NCBI GenBank assembly: GCA_964016885.1
Contig: OZ024741.1
Coordinates: 166,780,001 to 166,844,000, forward strand
DNA length: 64,000 nucleotides
Source: Eledone cirrhosa
Taxonomy: Eukaryota
Direction: 5' to 3'
Positions 53,110-64,000 of the stretch are shown here, one piece after another. Position 1 is the first letter of the stretch. Every line of letters begins with the position of its first letter. The translations under genes were made by a program, and so were the position numbers. A model generated the notes under the pieces. The model was given only the letters and a program-made list of their open reading frames with translations. It did not search any database and was not told the origin of the DNA.

Positions 53110-54865
53110 TTATTATTATTACAATTCCCCTTTGCAGCATAGAGGTACGGCCCTTTACGGTCTGAGTTCAAATCCCACCGAGGTTAACTTTGCCTTTCAT
53201 CCTTACGGGGTCGATAAAATAAAGTACCAATCACGCACTGGGGTCGATTTAATCGACTTTTCCCCTCCCCTAAAATTGCTGGCCTTGTGCCTAAAGTAGA
53301 AACAATTATTATTACAATTCCCACCAAGGTTAGCTTTGCTTTTCATCCTTACGGGGTCAATAAAATAAAGTACCTGTAACGCACTGGGGTCGATTTACGA
53401 CTTTCCCTTTCCCTTAAAATTGTCGATTTTGTGCCTAAATTAGAATCCATTATTTTGATTGGCAGTATCGGTAGAGGGTCGGACGCCATGCTTTCCAGCA
53501 TAGTTACGTCCCTTTACGATCTGAGTTCAAATCCCGCCGAGGTTGACTTTGCCTTTCATCCTTACGGGGTCGATAAAATAAAGTACCAGTAATGAACTGG
53601 GTAATTGCTGGCCTTGTGCCTAAAATAGAATCCATTATTTTAAGACATGTAGAGCATTGGACAAAATGAGATGCGATATTTGTTTCGGCTCTTTTCGGTC
53701 TGAATTCAAATCCCACCGAGGTTAATTTTGCCTTTCCTCCTTTCGTAGTCGATAAAATAGAGTACCAATAAAAATACTGGGGTCGATTCAATCGATTTTT
53801 CCCTCCTCCGCCAAATAACTGATCTTGTACCGAAATTAGAAGCCATTATTTTGGATTGCCAGTATCGGTAGAGGGTCGGACGCCATGCTTTCCAGCATAG
53901 TTACGTCCCTTTACGATCTGAGTTCAAATCCCGCCGAGGTTAACTTTGCCTTTCATCCTTACGGGGTCGATAAAATAAAGTACCAGTAATGCACTGGGTA
54001 ATTTGCTGGCCTTGTGCCTAAAGTAGAAACAATTATTTATTTATTTAAAAGGCAGTGAATTGGAAAAATCGGTAGAGCGTGGAAAAAAAGGCTTACGGTT
54101 TTACCGTATTTCCCGGCGTCGAAGACGCTACTTTTCCCCTAAAATAAGTCTAAGAAATCTATGCTTGCTGGAGGCCGAAGGTTGTTTATTATTTTTTATT
54201 TTTATTTTTGGTTGTCAAAATTAGGGTGCGTCCTCGAGGACGAAGCGTCTTCGGCGCCGGGAAATACGGTAGTTTTTACCTTCTCTGTTCAAATCCCACC
54301 AATATCAAATTTACCATTCAGTCTCCCGGGCTCGATAAAATATATTACCAGTGAAGCACTGGAGTCGATTTACTCGACTTCCCTCTATCCTAAATTGCCG
54401 GCCTTGTAACTAAATTAGCAAATATTATTACTATTTATTTATTTACTTATTGTCGCCATTATTATTGGCAGAAGTGGTGGAGCGTCGGACGTCATGCTTT
54501 GCAGTATTTAGTTATGGCCCATTACGTTCTGAGTTCAAATCCCGCCGAGGTTAGATTTGTTTTTCATCCTTACAGGATCGATAAAATAAAGTACCAGTAA
54601 CACGCTGGGGCCAATTTAGTTGACTTTCTTCTCTCCTTAAAATTACTGGCCTTGTGCCTATATCAGAAATCATTATTATTGGCAGAATTGGTAGAGCGTC
54701 GGACAAAATGCTCTGCAGTATATAGTTATGGCCCTTTACGTTCTGAGTTCAAATCCCGCCGAGGTTAGCTTTGTCTTTCATCCTTACGGGGGGTCGATCC
54801 CCCCCCCCCCCACACCTTTCCTTCAAATTGCTGGCCCTGTGCCAAATGTAGAAACAATTATTATT
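53110..54865 (+). mobile_element. Head-to-tail array of about eight SINE copies
   Basis: Repeated ttcaaatccc..ctttcatcc..gtcgataaaata..ggccttgtgcc units separated by (ATT)n-like tails. Confidence 0.9.
54104..54269. mobile_element. Tc1/mariner-pogo MITE with TA TSD, nested in a SINE
   Basis: TIR ccgtatttcccggcg(t/c)cgaagacgct, 25/26 identical; TA on both sides. Confidence 0.85.
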
Positions 54866-55149
54866 TCATTGCTGTTGTTTTTTCTAATATTTCACAATAA
54901 ACATTATCTGCGCAGGTAGATATCTTCTGAAACAACAATTTGTCAAGAGAAACATGAGAAGCGCCAAGAGATGGAATTACGTATTTAGTAAAGAACAGAA
55001 TCTCCCCCATCCCCCCTCTCTCTATCTCTTCCTCTTTCTTTCTCTTTTTCTTTTTTCGTTTTTTTTTTTTTCTTCGTTTCAGTACTCGGAATGTCTGTGT
55101 GTTAGTTTTCTTCATATAGTTGACGTTTGTCGATCGTTCAGTCTTTAAT

Positions 55150-55207
55150 GGTAGTGGTGGTTGCTAGTGGTAGTGGTGGTTGCTAGTGGTAGTGTTGACA
55201 TATTGTG

Positions 55208-55281
<74 letters not shown>

Positions 55282-55330
55282 GGTGGTGGTGGTGGTGGTG
55301 GTGGTGGTGGTGGTGGTAGTAGTAGTAGTA
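55150..55330. repeat. (AGT)n/(GGT)n microsatellite
   Basis: Direct reading. Confidence 0.95.
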
Positions 55331-55643
55331 GATCAGGTAATATAATAGCTGGTGTGGGGGAGGCTTTTTTATTTGTATTATCTTATGCCGCAGTCGTAAA
55401 AAAATAGTATCAAATAATAAAAAGAATCATATTGGATTCTAGAGGATGTCTAGAAATGTGTGTGCGCGCGTGCCCCTGTGTGTGTGTGTGTGTACGTGTG
55501 TGTGTCTCTCTCTCTCTCTGTGTATGACATAATAGGTCCTTAACTCATGATGCAGTCATAGGGTACTTTAGTGACATACGGTGAGTCTAGGACATTTAAA
55601 CTTAGTCAGTGTGTGTGTGTGTGGTGTGGTGTGGTGTGGTGTG

Positions 55644-55679
<36 letters not shown>

Positions 55680-56604
55680 CTTGGAAAGAAATATAAAGGA
55701 AGAATCCACCCCAGTACAGGACTAAAATTTTATCGACCTCGAAAGGATGAGAGGCAAAGTTAACTTTGCTAGGATTTGAACTTAGACTGAAGAGGGGTGG
55801 ATACCATGAAGAAATCTATTCAGAATTCATAAGCCTATGTATTACATACATACATTCATACATGCATACATATATACATATATACAGACATACATATATG
55901 ATTGCTACAAACTCTGCTAAGAGTATTGCAATCGCTTGTCAGATTATAGAGTTCAGTGCACTTTTAGGCTATGGCCAGCCACACGAACCTGTAACAGATC
56001 CTGAACAAGCAATGCCTGTGCTTTGAAGGTTTTTTAAGTGGGGAAAGGCCTTGCACTCGACCAATACTACTCTCTGAGCATCGAAAACACGACCCGAAAA
56101 GGAGAACTGGTCAACATCATCGGATGCTTCCGAAGCTGCAGGTTTTTTTTTCAGAGTTTTCCTCTCTTAGAAAGGTGTTGTGACAACAACTGGGGGCCTT
56201 TCACTCCCAGGTGAAAAACAAAACAAAACAAAAACTACTATTAGGATCGCTGTTGGCTCTGTTGAGTTCCTTCGCCCTTTGCCGGGTCTTCTATTTCATT
56301 CCGCAGGGTGTCCAAATATCACCCTCCTCACCAAGCTAGCTTGGTAGGGTTGCCGATTTAGTAGCCGACGACCTGATCATGAGACCGGTTGTACTTGGTT
56401 ACACGTTACCAGTAGCACTCGAGAGCGATCTGACATAACATGCAGGTATACATACATACATATTTTATATTTTTAAAATTTTGTTATTTATATTTATTTT
56501 TAATATTATTTTTCTCTTCATATTGAGTTCTTTACTTTGTAACTTCCCTCCTTAAAACCTTCCTTACTTCCACTTCGTAGTTCCTGTTCTCCCCCTATCC
56601 AAAC

Positions 56605-56720
56605 TTGCTTGCCTGATGAAGGACTTAAGTCCGAAACATTGAAACCTCCTTCACTCCCACCAAGCGTGAACCTAATTTAACTATGTACAATTGCTTCCTG
56701 TGTTTGTTCATTTCAACTAT
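56605..56720 (+). mobile_element. PLE-like 3' end with minimal HHR core
   Basis: CTGATGA A GGAC TTAA GTCC GAAA at 56613-56636. Downstream aagcgtgaacctaat is shared with the 6320 element. Confidence 0.55.
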
Positions 56721-56789
56721 ATATATGCCACTCATGTCGGATTTGTTTATCGTAAACTCGTGAGCTGATTTTCCGATACTCGATTATTC

Positions 56790-56874
<85 letters not shown>

Positions 56875-56879
<5 letters not shown>

Positions 56880-57202
56880 AAAAAGATGAAATCGAAAATG
56901 TAACTGGAGTCTTTCTTTTATAAAAATATATATATTTATTTGGTTCCTTTACCGGTTTCGCAGTTCTTCTGCTTTTCAAAAGAAGAGTTGAGATGGAGGG
57001 TCTGTGGTTTTTCTCAGATCTGCTGTGAGAAAAACAACAGCCCCTCCACCTCAACTCTACTTTTGAAAAGCAGAAGAACTGCGAAACCGGTAAAGGAACC
57101 AAATAAATATATATATTTTTATAAAAATAAGACTCCAGTTGCATTTTCGATTTCATCTTTTTTCCTTATATATATATATAATATATATGGATATAAATAT
57201 CC

Positions 57203-57257
<55 letters not shown>

Positions 57258-57333
57258 GGAAAAAAGATGAAATCGAAAATGCAACTGGAGTCTTATTTTT
57301 ATAAAAATATATATATTTATTTGGTTCCTTTAC
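56875..57333. repeat. ~295-bp palindrome plus partial third arm (family C)
   Basis: 56875-57168 is self-complementary; 57255-57333 repeats the left arm. Confidence 0.92.
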
Positions 57334-57793
57334 GTACTCACCAACCAATGCCGAGAATTATAGAGGCTGGATTCTTATAGAATTTCAGTAATAATCAGGA
57401 ACTGATTATACAGAGCGATTGCTGGTCCAGCAAAAATTAAAAATTAGGATTGGTGCTCTGAAATAGCAATGTATACACCAACAGTGTGAAACAAAATCTG
57501 TCAGCTTCTCTCCCTTCCTTTGCCGAAAAAAGAAATAAGTGACATAGTCACTACTTTAAAATGATAGCGCAAGGTCTTCAAAATGTTTTTAATTAAGCAT
57601 ACGGTATATTACCAAATATACTATACATACATTCATGTATACATCGCTATTTCAGAGCACCAATCCTAATTTTTAATTTTTGCTGGACCGGCAATCGCTC
57701 TGTATAACCAGTTCCTGATTATTACTGGAATTCTATAAGAATCCAGCTTCTCTCCCTTCCTTTGCCGATATACGGCATATTACCAAATATACT

Positions 57794-57857
<64 letters not shown>

Positions 57858-57869
57858 ATGTATATATGT

Positions 57870-57990
57870 AAAAGGTAAACAGAAATAACAATACAATCGG
57901 TACATTATATGGAAGGAATATATTGAGTTAACGCTTGAAATAGCAGGAAGAGGGTCATGACGTTTCGGACGCTAGTCCTTTATCAGAAGT
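57870..57990 (-). mobile_element. PLE-like 3' end with minimal HHR core
   Basis: CTGATAA A GGAC TAGC GTCC GAAA at 57963-57986 (minus). Homologous to 26831-26960. Confidence 0.5.
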
Positions 57991-58182
57991 AAGAATGAGA
58001 AATTAGAAAGAATGAAGGGACGGGAGGGTGGACAGCCCTCAGCTACTTCAATACCCTTGTAAGAGCATTATATAGGAATTTCATGATTTCATCTATTTCA
58101 GTAACGCTTTCTTACTACAAGATACTGAAGTTCGTGACCTATTTTCGAATAAACAATATTTGATGATGGCTTATTTAATTTG

Positions 58183-58266
<84 letters not shown>

Positions 58267-58797
58267 ACGCACGTAATAAATGCGGATTTCTTTGCGTGTG
58301 TACGCAAGCTTTTCTAGCTTCAGCAAATATAAATAGTGTGTTAAAGTATTGATGTAAATCAACCACAAAATCAAATATGTCGTCGCAAGTTTGTATCATT
58401 CAGCAGCTATGAAAAAAAGTTTGCTTTTAATTATAAGTGATTCGATTCACTGCACGTTCCTAGAATAGGAAGTCTGGAGACTCTGAGAGCTGGTTGAAAT
58501 CTTATTGAAGGTGGTGTATTTAATTGTTTATATCATGTCTCTACTTATTCCTGATTCATATCCCATCTTTACTTAATTAAGTTAGGAGTCAACATTTTGT
58601 AGAGAATAAGCGTCGTTCTATTAAGTTAAATATAACGCAAGACGAAATGTGTCGAGGTTAGTTCGTATCATTTGCATGTCTAAAATATAATTTTTCCTTT
58701 TGAAACATTTGTGCACATTGATAGATACCTCACGAGATGCATGCACACATACATACGGACTGCAAGAGAAACCACCCCGGGGGCGTGATTTCTGCTA

Positions 58798-58862
<65 letters not shown>

Positions 58863-59405
58863 CTAGGATCGGAATTAAGAATATTCCGCTGTTCACAGTA
58901 ATAATAATAATATTAGCTCAAAGAAGAATAGAGAATTTTCTTCTGAGCTCAGATACAAATATATTACACAAAGAGAAGTGTGTTACACAGTGAGGTGTGT
59001 GTAAAGAATTATTACAAGTGATTTTTACCGTTACTGTATAGAAAACAATATCTATAGGTTTAGCAATTAAATAGAAAAAAACCTAAGTCAGAATCAAATC
59101 TCTGAAGTAGAGTTTTAAATTACCAACTTTATAACTATAAGTTTGCTGATACGAATCAAGTTCGTTTCCCCACAGAAATGTGCAGTTTAACAGCCACAGG
59201 TTCATCAGTCAGCAAATGTGGATTCTGTTTACTACACATCTAACCTCATGGATAGAGAGAAAGCTAATATACACGCTGCCCAGGGTAGGACGAAATCACG
59301 TGTTATTTGCATTAAATAACGGCTCTCATGGATTGGGGAAAATACTAGAGAGAGCAGCCCAACCATTCGAATTTATTAGCTCAACAATTTAGAGCTCGTT
59401 AAGTA

Positions 59406-59441
<36 letters not shown>

Positions 59442-60159
59442 AATGGCGTGCTGCGTTGTTGCAAATGGGATACATATGAATAAAATTAGAGCAAGAAGTC
59501 AGGACTATCCGTCATCAGTGATCTTCCTGGCATCATCGGTATTTCTTCGCATTAAAGACCATATACCTCCGGCTGGTGCGAGCAATAACTAAAAAAGATC
59601 ACTGATGACGGACAGTCCTGTCTTCTTGCTCTAATTTTATTCATATGTATCCCATTTGCAACAACGCAGCACGCCATTGCCATTTTCATTTATATTTTTT
59701 CCTCCGCCGTGACCAGTCTGTTTCTTTCTTACTGCTATCCTCTTTCTCTCTCCTTGTATCTCTTACCGTCATACACCCCCTCTGCCAGTCACCCTCTCTC
59801 GGCTGGCCTCTTCTCCACACTTTCTCTCACTCACTCTCTGCTACTCCCCCTCTCTCACTTCCTCCCGTCTGACCTGTGTGAAATCCTTTTCTCGCTCACA
59901 TTTCACAGGGTCTGGACGCGTCTTTTTCTCCTCGTCCACGATTTGCTCGAACTTAAGTTCACAGATATCACGGACTTGTCTCCCATCTTCCTCTCTTTCC
60001 GTTGCATTACCATCTCACCCAATTCTACTTGTCCCAATAACTTTTTATTAGTTATTGCTCACACCAGCCGGAGGTATATGGTCTTTAATGCGAAGAAATA
60101 CCGATGATGCCAGGAAGATCACTGATGACGGACAGTCCTGTCTTCTTGCTCTAATTTTA

Positions 60160-60165
<6 letters not shown>
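59442..60165. repeat. Family B inverted repeats, three arms
   Basis: 59442-59525 pairs with 59595-59678; 60045-60165 is the reverse complement of 59475-59595. Confidence 0.88.
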
Positions 60166-60200
<35 letters not shown>

Positions 60201-60207
<7 letters not shown>

Positions 60208-61497
60208 GAAACACACAGATACATGCGGACACACACACATATATACATGAATGCATCCGCACCCAACTGTGAGTTAAGGGTGCCAACTTCACCGATGTTG
60301 CTCAATGAATGACTGGGACAGACCAATTCAGTTGAACTAGACTGAGCCAGTATCAGAGTTAAAAATACATTATGAAGAGAGAAGAAACATTTAGATATAA
60401 TTAGTAATAAAATGTATCATACCTAAACTGCTCCTAAATTCCTCGACTACGTAGTTTCGTGGCATAAACAAAAACAATATATCATGAAGATATAGAGTCC
60501 TTGCGAGGTCTGCCGACTTATCAAGAGGATACCTCATTTTACTAGTCTCAAGAACGCGTCTACACGACGTGAGAAAGAATCCCAAAAGGCGGAGGGGGAG
60601 ATAGTCACGCGATATAACGGTCGAGAAACAGAGCTAAGCCTCTTATAACCACGAAGAAAATACCACGGAGGCGGAGGGGGTATTCATATCGAGGCCGTAG
60701 AAGAGGTGGTGAAGAAGGCAAGAAGTATGAGTAATGGAAGCCTTCCAGCTGTCCCCACACCTCAAAGATTGCTCGACCAGAGGGAGTTATTAACAATATA
60801 ATTAGAAACACACAGATACATGCGGACACACACACATATATACATGAATGCATCCGCACCCAACTGTGAGTTAAGGGTGCCAACTTCACCGATGTTGCTC
60901 AATGAATGACTGGGACAGACCAATTCAGTTGAACTAGACTGAACCAGTATCAGAGTTAAAAATACATTATGAAGAGAGAAGAAACATTTAGATATAATTA
61001 GTAATAAAATGTATCATACCTAAACTGCTCCTAAATTCCTCGACTACGTAGTTTCGTGGCATAAACAAAAACAATATATCATGAAGATATAGAGTCCTTG
61101 CGAGGTCTGCCGACTTATCAAGAGGATACCTCATTTTACTAGTCTCAAGAACGCGTCTACACGACGTGAGAAAGAATCCCAAAAGGCGGAGGGGGAGATA
61201 GTCACGCGATATAACGGTCGAGAAACAGCTCTGTTTCTCGACCGTTATATCGCGTGACTATCTCCCCCTCCGCCTTTTGGGATTCTTTCTCACGTCGTGT
61301 AGACGCGTTCTTGAGACTAGTAAAATGAGGTATCCTCTTGATAAGTCGGCAGACCTCGCAAGGACTCTATATCTTCATGATATATTGTTTTTGTTTATGC
61401 CACGAAACTACGTAGTCGAGGAATTTAGGAGCAGTTTAGGTATGATACATTTTATTACTAATTATATCTAAATGTTTCTTCTCTCTTCATAATGTAT
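60201..61497 (-). mobile_element. Retrozyme-like element: 1.7 tandem copies of a 597-bp HHR-bearing unit plus a 267-bp fold-back
   Basis: Period 597 (60201 vs 60798). Arms 60962-61228 and 61231-61497. HHRs at 60440-60529(-), 61037-61126(-) and 61333-61422(+). (TA)n on both sides. Confidence 0.75.
61333..61422 (+). ncRNA. Type-I hammerhead ribozyme, U3-A8 variant
   Basis: tcctc TTGATAA gtcggca..tgccac GAAA ctacgtag TC gagga. Confidence 0.75.
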
Positions 61498-61561
61498 ATA
61501 TATATATATATATATAGTGACGAAACATAAGTCAATTGCATGAACTCATAATCCTTTATTT

Positions 61562-61617
61562 ACTGCTATATATATTTCGATGATAGCCATTGAATGGCTA
61601 TGACCTCATCAGGCAGT
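61562..61617 (-). ncRNA. Type-I hammerhead ribozyme motif
   Basis: actgc CTGATGA ggtc[atagccat tca atggctat]catc GAAA tatata TA gcagt. Confidence 0.8.
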
Positions 61618-62734
61618 TAGTCAGTTCTTAGATATGCCAGCTCTGTGTGTATAGTGTTGATGGTATCAGAGCCTTAGGACATATGAGCTTGTTAGGAATA
61701 TTTTGATGTTGTCAGCAGGAATAGTCTTGATTCTCATTGGTCAGTTTGTAGATGGTAGTAGGTTGGTATTTGACCTCAAAGAGGCAGGTGGTTCTGTAAA
61801 GTTCAAACTGTCAGGCAAGATGACAATAGTTCCACATGACTGATTTTCACAAAAGGCATTCTTGGTCAGATATATATTCAATTAAGGATAATAGTATGAA
61901 ATAGATACTACAGGTCATTCTTAAATTGAGGAATTTATGTGGAGTGGTGCTACTGAAAATTATGGTTGGAGTAGAAAGTTTACAAATAAAAAGGCTTATG
62001 TAGGTTGGCTTGCACTACACTCACACCCACCTCCACAGACACACACACATCCACACATACAAAATGTGGGGTGGTAATACTTAATATAATGGTTAGAGTC
62101 CAATACTTAGATAGTTTAGAAACATTTAGAAATAAAAGGTTTATGCTGGTTGACTTGTACATACATTCACACCTACCCCCTCAGACACTCACACATCTAC
62201 ACACACAAATCCATACAGGTGTGCATATATGCATATGCATGCATGCATGTACGCACAAGTATACACACATATATATATACATATATATAAAATATATATA
62301 TACACAGAACATGCATATATATGAAATATATACATACAAAAAGATTTAAAAAAATATATATACATAGGTACACACACACACAAAAAAAATATACACACGT
62401 AAGACATACATATATATATATAAATATAAAAAAAATACACACACACATACACACATATATATATAAAATGTATACATACAGATACGCACACATATATAAA
62501 AGATACGCATACACACATAAAATACACATATATATACACATGATACATATATACATATATATATGTATAAAATTAGGTTCAATAAAACATTGTTTAGATG
62601 ACTCCCAACCCTGTAGAGGATCCGGTGGACCATCCACCATAAGGACCGCAAACCATGGGGTGTTGTTGTTGTCCAATGGTCATTGGTACGGGGTGTAGGG
62701 GACCTACCCGGGGGGGGGGGGCGTAACCGTATAT

Positions 62735-62998
62735 ATAGGAAAATGTATGACCTCGACGGCAGAGCTCAAGCCGCTTCGACGGCTATTTCTGGACTAAATT
62801 AAAATTTTTAGCCTGGTAAATAAATAGCCGAACTTTTCAAGGAGTACTTCCTTATATGGGAAGATTGTAGTTGTCAAGAGGATTGGTCAACATTGCTTGT
62901 AAACACAATTAAGTCTATCATGGCAGTGGGTGGAAGATGGGGTGGCTGAACTTGCCTGTAGAGCAATGAGGGAGTGGTTCCTTACCACAACTCCTTCG

Positions 62999-63001
<3 letters not shown>
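62735..63001 (+). mobile_element. Diverged relative of hairpin family A
   Basis: atagga..gacctcgacggcagagctcaagccgcttcgacggctatttctggac and terminal ggttccttaccacaactccttcgtta. Confidence 0.6.
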
Positions 63002-63080
<79 letters not shown>

Positions 63081-63137
63081 TTAATATAGATGAGATTCTA
63101 CAGGACTAGAACTGTTTCATTCTTTAGAAATCATCAG

Positions 63138-63206
<69 letters not shown>

Positions 63207-63629
63207 TGTATGAAAGCATATATGATATGTTTATGTATATTAGAGTTGTCGCTATCTATTTCTTTTAAAGCTGTGACCTTGTCAATATATCAGTAGCTTT
63301 TATCTGTCATTGGTGACAGACATACTCTCCCGCCACTAAAACGAAAATAAGCTAAACCTATAAACCGATATGGTTTTGTGTATGAAACATCGGCTAGAGA
63401 TGTTCCTTTGCAAATCTGACAGGCTGGGGTTAATTAGAAGTGGCACTAACAAACCGTAGTATGCAGTTCAACAATCAGCAAAGGAAGCGAACTAATTCAT
63501 CAGAGGAATAATCCGTATTGTATAAGGAATTAAACTTTGAATAAACAAATTCGACGTGTTGTATGAATTCAGAGCACTTAATAGATAGACAAACAAGATG
63601 AAGAAATGTAATATTATTGTAAAATTGTT

Positions 63630-63765
63630 TATTTCTTGTCCAATTCTTTAAAGTTTTATCTTAGTTTCTTGTCCTATTCTTTTAAAGTCTTATCTTAGTT
63701 TCTTGTCCTATTCTTTTAAAGTTTTATTTTAGTTTCTTGTCCTGTATTTTTAAAGGTTTATATTC
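63630..63765. repeat. 34-bp tandem repeat, about four copies
   Basis: Unit ttagtttcttgtcctattcttttaaagt(c/t)ttatc. Confidence 0.85.
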
Positions 63766-64000
63766 CAACAATATTACTTTTTTTTGCTGTACGCATTTTT
63801 CTATCTGGTATAACTATAATCGCGCAAACAAAAACTTATAAAAATACACACACACGGACATAATTCACACAAATACACATACTTTCACACAAAAATACAT
63901 ACATTCACACATATACATTTACACAAACACACACATACAGTCATGATAGCGTTCGATTTAATTGGAAATGGGAGGGTAAAACAAGTATAACTTTTTATTT

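Noticed and set aside
53110-54865. CRISPR-like or tRNA-gene array
   Set aside because: Units are ~190-bp SINEs without unique spacers, and the tRNA-like heads do not appear to form full cloverleaves.
60391-61471. Three identical 64-aa ORFs
   Set aside because: By-product of the tandem/fold-back duplication. They start at TTG, have no recognisable motif and overlap the ribozyme fold.
61620-62165. Possible PLE GIY-YIG C-terminal relic (SKLSKYWTL) upstream of the 61562 hammerhead
   Set aside because: Too degenerate to support without a profile search.

Overview
Eukaryotic, repeat-saturated genomic DNA, probably from an octopod cephalopod (inferred from the SINE types and microsatellite load, not verified). 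It contains one full-length Tx1/L1-clade LINE (43212-48905, minus strand) joined head-to-tail to a second 5'-truncated copy whose reading frame is still open, plus four older Tx1 relics. There are also CRE-like, RTE-like and Penelope-like (GIY-YIG) fragments, more than 20 tRNA-derived SINEs, several MITEs, a pogo/Tigger-like relic present twice in inverted orientation, and many microsatellites whose long ORFs are artefacts. A phase-consistent five-exon 3' end of an unrecognised host gene can be assembled on the + strand (427-12177). The most unusual signal is a dense set of hammerhead-ribozyme (HHR) motifs next to (TA)n runs. These include several complete type-I folds and a 597-nt tandem unit bounded by two identical HHRs carrying a U3-A8 core covariation, which looks retrozyme-like. 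Three unrelated hairpin families also carry only one half of an HHR core, mirrored in both arms, suggesting fold-back synthesis at the ribozyme helix. All folds and translations were read by eye; no searches were run.
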